Shown here in pieces: positions 12,062 through 26,128 of a DNA stretch of 64,000 bases. A program made the position numbers and the translations under genes. This DNA comes from Camelus ferus (Eukaryota). How positions within the stretch are numbered: position 1 is the first letter of the stretch; each line of letters starts with the position of its first letter. The stretch lies in assembly GCF_009834535.1 (NCBI RefSeq), contig NC_045697.1, forward strand, positions 115,446,001-115,510,000, read 5' to 3'. The notes below the pieces were generated by a model, which worked only from the letters and a program-made list of their open reading frames with translations, was not told the DNA's origin and searched no databases.

Positions 12062-13537
12062 AGCTTTCTTTTATAATCTAATCTCTGCTCATGGAGTATC
12101 ATTAACTAATTGATTGTGTTTCATGAGCAATTTCATTGTTCACTTAGAAGGACAAATGAGGACTTTTTATTGTTTTACACTAATTCCATTCTGAAAATGT
12201 AGATTATGTCACACATATAAGTAGGTATATTTGCAAATATTTCCAGTATCTTCATTCCATTAATGTCTCTAAAATAGACCATTTCTAAATCGGAGCTAGA
12301 ACACTTGGACAAATTTAAATATCATCAGTATTTTAAAGTAATCAAGTGAGGTGCTGAGTGATAATCCACAATACCTCTGGAACAAAAAAAAATTAAATAT
12401 TAACATTAAATATATACAAAGGGGCTTTTTTTTCAAAAATATAAAATTAATAGGAAGACAATTGCTTAATTGCTTATGCATAAAAGTGTCCTAAATCCTT
12501 GTAACTAGATACAGCAAAGGACACTTAACATAAAAGTCAATAATAGGTCAGATACAAAGTAGAAGGAAATAAAATCTGCAAACAGACATTTATGAAGACT
12601 TCTTAAAGAAAACAAAACAAATCTTAATTAACATTGTACCAATAAGCACTGAAAATCCCAGTAAATAATATTTTCTGTACATCCCACTACAAAACAGGTA
12701 GAAATTTAGTGAATTCTTAAATTTAACCCTTGTGCAATAATTCTGTTAGAAAGTTCCTGCAGTGGAATTGCTTTACCCTTATCAGTTATAAGACCTATAA
12801 AACAAATAATGCAGTACATTTTTAATTATACAAATAAATGATTTGAGAAACATTACTTGAACTAAGACTTTGAGATCTATGATGCATTAGTCAACATGCT
12901 CTTAAAATTAATTGCCAAATAATTATAAACAGGGATTAATACATCTGAAAAGAGCAGTTATTTAGTAGTTTTAGTGCTATTTTCTTCATACCAAAAAGTA
13001 CTGAAATCATAATCCAAACAATAGGAAAAACTCAGAGGACAGCATTTCATCAGTACTAAATGCACCTCCCAAGGGAAACCTTGAGTAGAAAAAGGAGGAA
13101 ATCACTGGTGTGCAGAATAGATGTGTAATTGATACTAACAGTTGCTCAGGGGCAACTTAATGTTAAACAGAAGTTCTATTCATTTGTCCCTTATTGTTTA
13201 ATTTGAAACCAAACAATCCATTATTAAAAAAACATAAAATGCATTTCTGTCCTTTGGAGAGTTTTTCCAATAAAACATGGGAAGAAGCCAGCTTCCTGAG
13301 ATCACTTTTAGTTTCAGCATTTCCTATTTGATTTAATTACCAACCAAGAGGAAGTTTACAGTTAAGATCCAAATAAGTTGGTGAGCAGATAAGATTCCAG
13401 TTGTAGCCAATTCCTCTCCATTCTATTTGAATCAGTTCAACAAAAATGCCAAGACCTGTAATTTACATAGTAAACTCAATGTCAGACTCTCTCGAGTCAC
13501 ACCATCCAAGATGCCACATTTCAAAATCTTAAGTAAC

Positions 13538-13541
<4 letters not shown>

Positions 13542-13596
<55 letters not shown>

Positions 13597-13614
13597 TATT
13601 CATGCACACACACA
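13542..13614. repeat. Compound (CT)n(CA)n microsatellite
   Basis: Read directly. Confidence 0.95.
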
Positions 13615-14722
13615 CTTTTGCAAAGAAATGATTTTACTATTTCAGGAGGACTGAGATATAAATCTGTTCTATCATAGAAAAATGTCCATAGAAGCAAAAA
13701 ATTTAGAAAAATTATTTATATACAGATAATTTTGCATTTAGCTTTAGAGCATTTGTGGCAGTCTCTAAGACTCTGCAGTTTAACAGCTACAAGTTGAGAT
13801 TTACTGTGAGCCTATTTCTAAAACAAGACATCTTTGCTTGCCTGACTATGACCAATTAATAATTAAATAAAATGGATCAGTTCCCAAAAGATTAAATACT
13901 TAGAGCTGCTTTTTCAAACCCAGCCAACATAAGAGCATACAATAATTCAACAAGATACTAAAAACACAATAAAATAATGTGCACACACACACACACATCC
14001 ACACACCAGTAGGTTTATATCTAATTATGTAGGGTTTGCAATCTTGCTGGAATTTAACGTTAAAAAAATAAATAAAATCTTATACACTGCTCTGCACTGT
14101 CATTACTATTTCTGGGCTATTTCCATATACATGGGAGAGAACCATTATAGGAATTTTTTTCAATCAGGTGTTTGGGCGTTTAGCCCTGCATAACAAAGTA
14201 TAATTAGGCAGAGATTATCAAGTGGTCTGTCTGTATTTTATCAGCCAAAACAAAAATCGCTCTGATACTGGTTCTTTTATGGTTATTTGACAGTGTCTTA
14301 AGAAACACATGGCAGGTGTGTGCTGTTGCTATAATGAGTCGTTTAGTTTTCTATCCTCACTCATCCATTGTTGGAATTTCCTAAATTTCCTTGCAGTCTC
14401 ATGGGTTGAGTACACACTCTGTAGCTGAGCTGCCAGGATCAGAATCCTGGTTCCACTACCAGCCAGTTGTGTGAGCATGGGTATTTACCAATTACACCAA
14501 AATATTAGTTTTGAGGAGCACTGATTGATTCTTCAAGATGAGATGAAGTGTTGGAGAAACGGAGTTTAGTAGAGCTCTCCTAGGGAGGCACAAGGTTCAT
14601 TGATTTACTAAAGGCTCTGAGAAGTTAAGATCTATTTTACTGATGTTTCCCCAAGTTTATTTGATTATATTACCCAATTTTGTCTCTTTGTTTATGAAAC
14701 TCTAATTTAAAAATATATATGG

Positions 14723-15312
14723 TCCCCATTTTTCACAGCAGCACTGTTTACAATAGCCAAGACATGGAAATAACCTAAATGTCCATTGACAGATGACTGG
14801 ATAAAGAAGCTGTGGTATATTTATACAGTGGAATGTTACTCAGCCATAAAAAAGAATAAAATAATGCCATTTGCAGCAACATGGATGGACCTAGAGACAG
14901 TCATTCTAACTGAAGTAAGCCAGAAAGAGAAAGATACCATATGATATCACTCATATATGGAATCTTAAAAAAAAAAAAAGGACACTATGAACTCATCTAC
15001 ATGGCAGACACAGACTCGCAGAAATAGTAAACAATCTTATGGTTACCAGAGAAAGGGGGTGGGAAGGGATAAATTTGGGAGTTTGAGATTTACAAATGTT
15101 AGCCATGATATATATATAAATAGATTGAAAAAAAGTTTCTTTTGTATAGCACAGGGAACTATGTTCAATATCTTATAATAACCTTTAATGGAAAAAAATA
15201 TGAAAACGAATATATGTATGTATATACATGACTGGGACGTTGTGCTGTACACCAGAGACTGACACATTGTAACTGACTGTGCTTCAATTAAAAAATACAA
15301 ATAAAAAATAAA
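14723..15312 (+). mobile_element. Young L1 3' end
   Basis: cacagcagcactgtttacaatagccaagacatggaaa...atggatggacctagag...gctgtacaccagagactgacacattgtaactgactg, followed by an A tail. Confidence 0.95.
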
Positions 15313-15334
15313 ATTCTCTCCTACATTATTCTTT

Positions 15335-17240
15335 TATAATTATTTTAGTGATTTCAAAAGCTACCTTTTTAGTACCTAAATCTCCTCTCTTTCAATGATC
15401 TTCTGCCCCTGTTAACCTCTTCCTCTTCTTTCCGTGACCTTGTCATGACAAAGGACTGTACCCTAGACAATCTCAGTTTCAAACATCTCACTCTCCATTA
15501 TTGCTTCCCTCTGAATCTCCTGCTCTCTGGTACCCTTGCACTCAAATACCTCAATTGCACCAAGATCTCTTTTCACCAATCTTCCACTGATCTTCACATC
15601 CTCAAGTCTCTCCTACCTAGTGTAGATGACATGCCCCATCGCTAAAATCACTGCCTGAACAGACCCTCAATTCTCTTGCCTTCTTTGTTTTACGCACTTG
15701 TTCCATTCACAGGACAAAATTCTAATCCTGCTGACATCCAGTGCAATCCGTATTCAGTACCTCACCTGCTCAGAAGAATATAGATAAAGACATACAACCG
15801 TGCAAAAATTTTTTTGATTTTAAAATCAAATCCAGTAACCACAGTGGCTCCTAATAACCATCTGTTGATTGCACTAATTTCCAAATTTACCCCCCAGAAT
15901 CTCCATTTACACTCCAACACTATTTTACAACTTTTCCTCTCTCTTCTCATCTCTAAAATCTCCACCCCCCGCCTCACTTCCACTATCTCCTTTCTCTTTT
16001 TCACTGAAAGAATTAGAAGTAGTTGGAAGAAAACTTTCACAAGCTCCCATCGTTACACTCACCAGCTCACCTGCATCTCAACCTGGACATCAATTGTCAT
16101 TGCTCAGAGGGAAGCTAACTTCCCACTTGTGCACTGAATCCCAAAGTATCCAGCCTATACCTTCTTTCTCTTGCATCATCAAATATGCCCAGTGTGTGAC
16201 TACCTCTTTTCACCTCCCTAATGACACTAGGAACCCGTTATCATTTCTCAGTTGATGTACTGCAAAAAATTCTACCCATCCAGTCTCTACATCTGTCCCT
16301 GCCTCTCCTACAATATGTCCTCAACACAGCTGCCAGGGTATGACGTTCCTTTGCTCCAATTCCTCGGATGTTTTGTGGGTCATACAGAGAATCTAGCATC
16401 CTTTCCATTTCTTTTTTTTTTTTTTTTAATTTCCAAAAGTTTACTTGTTGGCTCTGTTACATTACATTTTTTTTATAAATATATGATTAGCTTCCCAGCT
16501 CATCAGATTAGTTTCTTTAATTCATAATGAACCTGAAATATAACATTATACTACCCGCAACTAATCCTCATTTTTGGGAACGTTCCCTCTAACATTTGAA
16601 GCTAGCTACCTGGTCTCCTTCATTTTCTGTGTTGTGTACTTTAAATTTTCTTTTTTTCTTTATATATATATATATATATTTATATATTTATTTATATTTA
16701 TATATTTACTGAAGTAGTCAGTTTACAATATTGTGTCAGTTTCTGGTGTACAGCATATTGCTTCAGTCATACATGAACATACATACATTTGCTTTCATAT
16801 TCTTTTTCACCATAAGTTACTACAAGATTATTGACTATAGTTCCCTGTGCTGTACAGCATGAACTTGTTGTTTATATATTTTAGATATACTAGTTAGTTT
16901 CTGCAAATCTCAAACTCCCAATTTATCCCTTCCTACCCCCTTCCCTCCCACCACCATACCTAGTGACCTGGCCTCTCTGCATGTCCTATTTCTGTCCCCC
17001 TTACTCTGTATTCCTGGTTTTCCTTGAATGCATGACCTCACCTTGGGGTCTTTGTATGTGCTTTCTCTCTACTTAAAAATCGTCCCCCAAGATCCGCATG
17101 GATTTCTCGCTCATTTTGTCAGGACTTTCTTCAATACCACTTTATAGTTCTCTGATTACCTTATTAGAAATCATGTCAAGACTGACCAGGGAATTTTACC
17201 CTCCTGCCTTGCTGTGTTTTCCCACATAGTATTGCCACTA
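15335..17240 (+). mobile_element. L2 fragments (interrupted at about 16408-16950)
   Basis: Pyrimidine-rich degenerate L2 3' region (cctcaacacagctgccag...; gtgacctggcctct...gatccgcatggatttctcgctcat). Confidence 0.6.
16645..16950 (-). mobile_element. Young L1 3' end with TA-rich tail
   Basis: ttactgaagtagtcagtttacaatattgtgtcagtttctggtgtacagc is the reverse complement of the young L1 terminus. Confidence 0.92.
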
Positions 17241-18184
17241 GCTGATATTTGCAGGGTTAATATTTGTTGAGTTATTCCTATGGATAATTAAAAATCAGCA
17301 GGATACCAAGGCTCTCTGAAGTGTTGCTCAACCTCTAAGCCTTTAAACTATAAGCAGCACTACTGGAAAAGACAGGTGCATTTACACAGACAATAACCCG
17401 CATGTGAGCAGACCTACCAGGTCATTCCCACCACTGCATCCAGATTCACCCACAGTGCTGAGTCTTCATCCCAATGCTAATCCCATCTCAGATGGCTCCC
17501 TCCCATCATTCACCTTTTCACATGTGACTTTAATAATTCAATGTGAGCCTTCACTATTTCCTTCTGTTCTAGTGTGCTATGGGATGCAGCTATCTGCATT
17601 TTTGTATTATTAGTTCATTATCCCAAACATTAAGAACCATCCGCACATTCTCTTTATAGACATGAAAACTTACAAAGAACAGCCACTTCCGTTTTTTTTC
17701 CTAAAAATGTCCAATGAAGATTAAATCCAATAATATGTAAAAATATTTCACACAAGTGTTTTAAGGATATTCTGAAGCCCATTTTTAAAGCAAACACTTA
17801 ATGTACTGGATTAGAATTAAGCAATAGCTAGTAAGCTCTCCAGATATCGAAAAAAATAAATCAGATATTGACAGGCCAAGGTTTGCTCTTTTGTCAATTG
17901 GGAAACAGGAAAGGGAGGCAACTTAAACTCCAAGTTTGCTAGCAAGGCTGCTCCTGTGATTCAAAGAGAACCCTCATAAATCAGTCATGTGGCAGAGAGT
18001 TCCACTCACACATTCATCTTGTGACTTTCGTTCTGACACATCAGACATAACTCAATCAAATGCTAAAGCAACCCTCCATTAAATCTCGACACAGGAGAAT
18101 TCATGATGATCCTGTGGATAATAAAAAAAAATTTAGGGACACTGCAGGAACAAACTATTCACTGTATGACTAACAATATTTACA

Positions 18185-18410
18185 ACTACCAATTATGGGC
18201 TGTGTCCTGCCTTAGGTTAGGACTTTATGTACACCATTTTTAAGACTCAAAACAGGTTTCCAAAAAGTCATTCTTACTCAATACTACAGAAGACAAAACT
18301 GAGATTCAGAGGAGTTAATATATGCCTTTAGCCAAACAACTAATTAATAGTCAAGCTGAAATTATATCTTAGGTCTATCTTATTTCAAAACTCTTATTAC
18401 TTAAACTATG
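18185..18410 (-). mobile_element. MIR SINE (degenerate)
   Basis: tacagaagacaaaactgagattcagaggagttaa...aggtctatcttatttcaaaactc. Confidence 0.65.
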
Positions 18411-18877
18411 TCAAACGTCCTCTCACAATTGTACTTCATAAAGCTCTTAAAAATAGTCAGTAAATAAAATTTAAATCTGAAGCAAAGAATTCTTAGTGAC
18501 AATTACTAATCAAATTGATATCTGTACAACTCAAAGAAAAATTGCACAGAAGAATGGATATAGAATTCTTCATGCAGACTCTATGGGAATGATAACATTA
18601 TTTTATATGTATAAATAAGGTTAGGAAATGCCAATGAATTATACTTTATGTCTTTAGTTATTACTAACAAATGGCCAAATATGATTCAGAGATGCATATA
18701 GAGTTGGATAAATGTTTATATGACTTTAATTCTAATTCTGTGTCCTGTTACCATTATAATATTTCCAAATTTGCTAAACCTAATAAGCATAACATAAAGA
18801 AATAAGATACAAAGGAAAACATATACATTTCATACATTTTTGTGTGCAATACATAGAAAACACTTTTTGTTCCTTAC

Positions 18878-18970
18878 CTGATGTTGACCTTCTTGGATTC
18901 ATACCGAGGATTAAAGTAGAAAACTGATTATGGTCAGCATTTTAAATGCCAAGGGAGAATATAACCATGC
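18878..18970 (-). other. Candidate exon (93 nt), all frames interrupted
   Basis: Strong acceptor ttgtttttttgtgctttaAG and donor CAG|GTAAGG. Each frame has at least one stop. Confidence 0.45.
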
Positions 18971-18989
18971 CTTAAAGCACAAAAAAACA

Positions 18990-20360
18990 ATGAAATATAT
19001 TGTAATAATATCTATGGTAAGGATGAGTGCAGAAACTTTGGAGCCCTAAGGAAGGAGTAATGGATTCTGTCCAAGATGGAGGAGTCGGAGTTGGTGGCAG
19101 AAAGACCTCAGAGAGAAGATGTAATTTGAGTTATGCCTTGAAGGAAGAATGAATTCCACTGGGTTGAAAGGAAGGAAATAATATTTCAGGCAGAGAGAAC
19201 AACACAAACAAAGGCCCAGAAGAACAAGAGAGCACGACTAACTTGTTTCAGTGTTAGAATCCCCTGGGGTCTAGAATATAGGGTTCTTGGAAGTAGACGG
19301 TGGGGAGAAAGCTACATGGAGTTGGAGCATTGAAGATTTTCATAAAATGGAAGGATTTAGATAAAAAATAAATTCAAACTTAAATTTACACAAAAATAAC
19401 TCTGAGCATCACTGAGGTTGAACTGTAAGGTAAAACTGTTAACAATAGTCTAGTTCAGAAAATAAGTATGGTGGTTTGGATTAGGGATGAGACACGTCAT
19501 GGTAAGGGTATTTCTGAAATAAAACTGAGAGGACTTGAAAGGTGTACTTCATTCTTTGACTGTGGAGGGTGAGGAAGCTTAACACAGATTTTTCTGAGGT
19601 TTCCAGCTTGGACAACTGGATGGTTGACTATTACATTCAATGAGCAGAAGATATAGTGAACTTGTAAGAGATGTTCACTTTCCAAGAGTAAAATCTGATT
19701 TCTCTGCAAAGCATTTCACGTAGATAGACTTAGCAGACAGGTGAAATAGGGGTCAGGAGAAATCTGAGGGCTGGAAAGACACAATCTAGCATAATTAGGG
19801 AGTAACACAGGGTACCAGTCAGAAGCTCAGAATCAAGTCTGAAATCCATAGTTGTACGCTGACTCCAACACAATTAGCTGCATCACAGCCAGCACGCAGT
19901 TTAATCTCTCGTTTTCCTTATTTGTGCTGTGGAAACAATATGAGAATCTACACCACTGGGTCTGATGAGAATTAGTTGAAAGAGTGCAAATTAATTTTCT
20001 AATATTAGGAAAGTGTTTAATAAAAATGACTCATTAGTATTCCCATCAGGGAATAGCTAATAATTTAAGTAACGGAAGCAGGTAAGATTGGCCAGAGAAA
20101 AGCACAGAACAAGAAAACAGAACAAGGCAGAAATTGAAAAAAATTGAGATGACCCAAATCTAAGATAATTCTGGAGAAACATGAACAAAATTGCCTGGAA
20201 AGTGATATGGCCAAAACCAGAGCACAAAGAGTACAAGATGGCAGTATTGTTCAAAATTGGCAAATACTGCAGAGAAGTAAAAAGGTCACTGCAGAAAACT
20301 GAACACCAGGCATTGGGATTGGCAATTAGGCATGTGATGAGGGATGTGGAAATAGTGTTA
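18990..20360 (-). mobile_element. L2 fragments interrupted by a MIR (about 19815-20030, +)
   Basis: L2 text atttgagttatgccttgaaggaagaatg...ttcaggcagagagaacaaca...; ggtttccagcttggacaactggatgg; ggattggcaattagg. Confidence 0.65.
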
Positions 20361-22044
20361 AACTTGTAGCCATCATTACAAAGTTTCAAATCCATTCAAA
20401 AGCTGGAACATCCTTAATATCTACTGGAAAGCCCGCTATATGCTGGAAAGTGTGGTAATTTAAGACCAAAGTTCATAATGCAGACAAGAATTGTTACAAT
20501 ACTGTGGGGCAATCCTGCAATAACCAGGGTGAGTCCAATACAGAAGAGGTAAGAACTAGGACCAGGAAGACAGGCATGGAAAGACATTCCACGAAGGAGG
20601 AATATCAGGAACAAATGCATAAAACCGAAACATAATTCAGCTTTCGCCTGGATTTTAATGAAACAGTTTAATTACATTTCTTCCTTTTGATACAAATGTT
20701 TGGAAAAGCAAGGAGGAAAGCAGTATCTAAACAAATAACATTGCCTAAGCTTTAGTGATATTTTCAGAAACAATCCTCTCAGTTTATACAATGTGATCAT
20801 ATCAAGGAATCCTTCCAAAGAGCAGCATGGACATTCATGTAGTTGAAATAGAATACAGCTTACTTTTAATATTTTAATTTTTAAAAACATATTGTGATTT
20901 ATTGGAAAAAAATTTTTGAGTCATTATCAAATTTATTATACAAATATAAAATAATTCTGTTAGTATAAATAAGGAACCCAAACACTCATTTTCTGAAAAG
21001 AACGTGTTTAGCAGACCTGTGGATATAAAGGTTGCCCTGGTGGTGAATTGTATGATTTTACTGCCTTATTAAATGTAATAATTACCATCATGTAATAAAT
21101 CATAATGGATATATCTTATAAATAGTACAGATAATCCTCAAAACTATAAAATAAAAACATACCTATAATTACATGATTCATTTTTCCATATTATCACTGA
21201 AGCCATACCATACTTCTCTTTGGATATTAAATGCTAAAAAAAAATTTCTTCTAAATACTCAATTAATTTTTTTAGGCGGTTGATTGTCAATTTTTATATT
21301 TTATCTTTTTTGTGCAAGCTTTGCAATATATATACAACGGGAGAAAAAGAAATAGTTGGTTCAAGACTACTTATTTATTTTTAGTTATTTATTCATTTAT
21401 TCATTCCTTAATGACTTTAAGTTGACAAGGTATCTCAAAAATATCCACAATAATTAATATGCAAAGTATATGACTGGAATGTTAATGAGATTCAATGTTG
21501 TTTAAAATAAATCAGGGACTAAGTAGCATCTTTAACGTGATTTATATGATTGATGCTTACATGTCTGGACAGTTTATATTTAATGACACTTTATGGGAAT
21601 TAAATTTTTTTAAAAGTCTATACTGATTAGAGGTTTTTAATTCATCATTGTGTTAACTAGAACTGAAGTAACTGATTGTGATAAGCAGAAAAATTCTCTT
21701 GTTATTAAGCACAGAAGTTCGTATAGCCTTCAAAAAGAACACTTAAAAACAATTACTTCAGCCAGACATTTAGTGAAGGTTTTATAGATTGTCGAGATGA
21801 CTGTATGCAAAATGAAGGCAAATAATATACATTATATGTACTTACAGTTTATGGTTAGTCCGACAAGATACATTAAGTATAAAATTTACTGTTTAAAAAA
21901 TCAAGTTAGACTTCCAGTTTCCAGTCCACCATGTAAGAAACTTGGCAAGCACTGCTTTGTCCCAACACCAAGTCAAAAAACTGAACTGAAAGTACCAGCT
22001 CTCCTCTGGTCTATAACAGAAGTAAGGTCACAAGGCGGACTGCT

Positions 22045-22398
22045 TATCTTAGTCCGTTTGGGCTACTGTAGCAAATACCGCAGACTGGATGGCTTACCAG
22101 TGTCAGAAATTATTCCTCACAGTCGGGGAGGTCTGAAAGTCCAAGGTCAGGGTGCCCGCAGGGCTGGGTTCTGGTGAAGGCCCGGTTACAGACCGCTGAC
22201 CGCTCTGTGTCCTAAAACGGTGGAAAAAGCCAGGGATCTCCCTTGGGCCTCTTTTCTAAGGGTATTAATCGCATTCTTGAAGGTCCTCATGACCTAATCA
22301 CCTCCCGAAGTTCTACTTTCTAACACCACCACCTTCGGCTTTAGATTTTCAACATGTGAATTTGGGGGGGGGGGGACACAGACATTCAGACTATAACA
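22045..22398 (-). mobile_element. MaLR MLT1A-type solo LTR
   Basis: tatcttagtccgtttgggctac...gacctaatcacctcccgaag...gacattcagactataaca. Confidence 0.9.
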
Positions 22399-23851
22399 TC
22401 ACAACAGGCAAAATTGGAGAGCCCACCAGCAAATAAAAAGAATCACAATTCATCTGAGTAGGAGCCCACGAGCTGAGACCTCTGTGGGGCCCAGCGCAGG
22501 GGAGGGAAACCTGGATGGTAACTAACAGAGGGCCGACGGCTCAGTGCAGACAAGACTGACAGTCAAAACTCCAGGGGCCCTAGTCACAGGGGGCTCCACG
22601 TTAATTTTTATTTCCAGGAGCTTGACCTTGTTCTTGCAGGGAATATCAGCTAAGTTTCCTCATGCTTCCTGAAGGAGGAGAAGAAAAGGAAGCCTTTTGA
22701 AACATCCTGAATTGCTCTGTTCTTTGTAAGTTCTGCCTTCAGAAGAAACTAGCTGGAGATTAACCTGCTGGAGTTTTATCAAAGCTTAGTTGACCTGGGG
22801 GAAAGGAAACATCCAACTCTAGCCAGTTCTAGCCTTCCATGTGGGAAAGGGAAATACCGGCTTACTTTAGCCATCCTGCCCCACCTGCGAAGTCCAGAGG
22901 TACAGGCTCACTGACACACCCGAGACCTAATCACAGACCTAATCTCAGGATGCTTCCCATGTTCCTACACCTCAGCAACACATTACTAAAGACCTATTTA
23001 TGGCAGCTCCTTTTACCCAGTACATGTCCAGCTACCAAAAAAAAAAAAAAAAAAAAAAAAATTACAAGGCATAGTAAAAGGCAGAAACTCATGGAAACAT
23101 AAATAAATCAATAATTCGAGACAGAGCTTACCTAGTTCACAAAACTAGGTAACGTCAGAATCCATGAAAGGAAAAAACTGATGAACTGGACTTCGGTAAA
23201 CTTAAACTTTCTGTTTTTGAAAGACACTGTCAGGAGAATGAAAAGCTGAGTCACAGACTGGAAGAACATATTTGAGAAAGGCACATCTGATAAAGGACTG
23301 CTACCCAAGATATAGAAAGAACTCTTAAAACTCAATAATGGAACAGACAACCAAATTTAAAAATGGGCAAAAGACCTTAAGACATAGTTTATCAAAAAAG
23401 ATATACAGATGGCAGATAGGCATATGAAAACATGTTCTACATCATATGTCATCAAGGAAATAAAAACTAAAACAATGGGATGTAACTGCACCCCTATTAG
23501 GACGGCCATCGCCCAGAACGCTGACAACACCAGATGCTGACGAGACTGTGGAGCAACAGGAACTCTCATTCATTGCTGACGGGAATGTCAAATGGTACAG
23601 ATACTTTGGAAGACCGTTAGGCAGTTTCTTACAAAACTAAACAAACTTTTACCATACAATTCAGCCATGGCACTCCTTGATATTCGCCTAAAGGAGTTGA
23701 AGATATGTCCACACAAAATCCTGACCAGGGATGTTAATAGTTTTACTCATAATTATCAAAACTTGAAAGCAATCAAGATGTCTTTGGTAGATGAATGGAT
23801 AAAAGAAACTACTGTACATCCAAACAATGGAATATTATTTGGTGAAAAAAA

Positions 23852-24279
23852 TGAATAATTCTAAAAAAATAAGAGTCCAGTTCAAGTGTTTGAGATCAAC
23901 AAATTGCAATTTGGAGCACACAGATTAAGGTAAGAAATCTAAACAGTGTCCTATTACAGGATAGGAGTTCAGAAGGAAGGTGAAGTAAATTGTTTTTTTA
24001 AAAAAAGGTTATTGATGCAAGATGAGGTAATCAATTAGGTGAAGCATTAATTGGTAAAAGATGAGGTAAAGCTAGATTTGTACTTCATTCATTGATCAGG
24101 TGAAGTGGTCCCTAGGTTGAAGTTCACTTTTATCCATCCTTTCAGCAAGATAGTCTCATTTCTTTGCTGACTTCTTGAAATGTACCAGTTCAAAGGCACA
24201 GAAAACAGGACATGAAGGCAGTTCCTCTGGAGTGGCTGCTCTGGCTCTGTTTTAAATTGTTCCAGAATGTCATCTTTCA
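23852..24279 (-). mobile_element. ERV1-class (MER34-like) solo LTR inserted in L1
   Basis: TG...CA termini. It splits the L1 3' text aaaaatga|gctattaagtcatgagaaagacatggagg, and the minus strand carries the MER34-like ctgtgtgctccaaattgcaat motif. Confidence 0.6.
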
Positions 24280-24379
24280 TAGCTATTAAGTCATGAGAAA
24301 GACATGGAGGAAACTCCAATACATATTGCTGAGTGAATACACACATATTGTATGATTCCAGCTATATGACTTTCTCTAA

Positions 24380-24429
24380 TCTCTCTCTCTCTCCATATAT
24401 ATACGTATATATATGGAGAGAGAGAGAGA
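24380..24429. repeat. Perfect 50-bp palindrome
   Basis: TCTCTCTCTCTCTCCATATATATAC|GTATATATATGGAGAGAGAGAGAGA, with 25-bp arms and no spacer. Confidence 0.95.
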
Positions 24430-24799
24430 GTTATATATGTATAATGTTTACATATATACAGTGTTTACACATAATATTTGTACATACAAAATAATTGAAG
24501 GAGAAAAATGAGGCACCCTAAAATCAAGAGAGTAGTCAACTTTAACATACATGATATAAAATTAATACACAACTTATGTCATAATATTTGAATAGAAAAC
24601 CTATCACTACTCTTTATACTTTGCAAATTTTTGGAAATAATCTTACTAATTTCATAAAATGGAGTGACAGAGTGTACAATATTGTCTGAAGTCTGTTTTG
24701 TTTTATCAATAATCTTCCTCCTGTCTCTTATTCAAGCTTCACTTCTGAATAATCATCTTAACAATCATCTTCTATTATCTTTACCTTCTCCCTCCAGAA

Positions 24800-25001
24800 C
24801 ATGGTGGGGCAGCCTGCAGCTGCTGCCTGTTTTTGTAAACAGCATTTTATTGAAACAAATCCACACCTTTTTTTTTTCATGTGTTGTCTGTGTCTATTTT
24901 CCTGGTACAACAGCAGAGTTGGTTACAAAAGAGCCAGTATGTCCAAAAGACAGAAAATATTTACTACCTGGCACTTTCCAGGAAAAGTTTGTCAACCTTT
25001 G
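24800..25001. mobile_element. MER58-type hAT/Charlie MITE
   Basis: gctgcctgtttttgtaaa...ttttattgaaaca...aaaatatttactacctggcactttccaggaaaagtttgtcaacc. Confidence 0.85.
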
Positions 25002-26128
25002 CCCTGTAAGATATAAAAACTCTAATGAACAATTTAGATGACTAGAGGATGTCACCAAGAGATACATACCCTTTTATCTTAAAACTGTATAATTATTTTT
25101 CAACCACTGGAAAGGACGGAGGAGTTCATTGATTAATATAAGAGATAGCATGTATAAATAGCTTATTTTAGGGGTCAGATTAACTCATAGGGCTCATAGA
25201 AAGGTTATGCTCTGCCCAATCCCACTACCAAGTGGCAGAGCCAAGACTGGAAACAAAACTTGCAACTCTACGTACTTGTACCTTCCACGTCACCAGCTTA
25301 AATGCAGGCCAAGAGGAACAGGAAATGCAGTTTTCAAGACACGTAATATTCAAAACCCAGATGAATGCATTTTATAAATTGTAAAAGACTTAAGAATTTC
25401 CTTATTATTATTAGCTTTGCTGATAAGTGTCTTAGGCATTTTCTTGCCATCAACTATTATCTTAGTAGTTTTGCTAAACATTTAATGTGTAACTGTTCAT
25501 TGGATAAATTTTTTGAAGAAATGTAATTTTTCTTCACTTTGTTTTTCTTTCTGGTACTGAATTATCCTTAGAACCAAACACTAGTTACATTTTTACCTTG
25601 TTATGTTTTTCCAAGGTTTTTGGCACAAAACTTGCAAATCTGACTTAAGGTAAAGGCATGCAAGAAAATAGAAATACATATTAAAACTGGATTTACTATG
25701 ATTTAAAATTTGTTTCCAAAGTCAATGTTTTGAACATATTTAATTGTATTTGATTGGTACAATCTCCTTCTCAACACATAGACCCAATTTATACTAATGT
25801 TTTATTAATGTTTTCTATTGCATTTTTCAAAATATAGACAAATCTTATGCTCAGCATAGTGCAAACAAAGTAAAATGACATCTGAAACATAATAGAGCTG
25901 AATTAACATTTTGAAACTGTTGAAATGTATTGGCTATTTCAATACCAAGAAGATACTGTCAACATTGAATTCTGATATTAAACCTCAAAAATAAATTTTC
26001 TGTAAACATTAGCAACATTGAAATTGATAAAATGAAGAGTGTAACAATGAAAAAGATGAAGGAAAGAGATAAAGGAAAATATCTTGAGTAGCCTTCCCAT
26101 GACTTCCTTCTTGCTTAGGAAGCCTGAC

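Larger units (their letters stand above)
21908..24376 (+). mobile_element. Old L1 (L1MD-like): 5' region joined to the ORF2 end/3'UTR, interrupted by two LTRs
   Basis: The 5' region matches the copy at 49.9-50.5 kb. The ORF2 C-terminal region spans about 23140-23850 (ORF 23592-23858 MVQILWKTVRQFLTKL resembles the L1 ORF2 end), and the element resumes at 24280. Confidence 0.8.

Noticed and set aside
18890..18930. VFYFNPRY resembling the galectin HFNPRF motif
   Set aside because: It lacks the conserved His, and no other galectin motifs or exons are visible.
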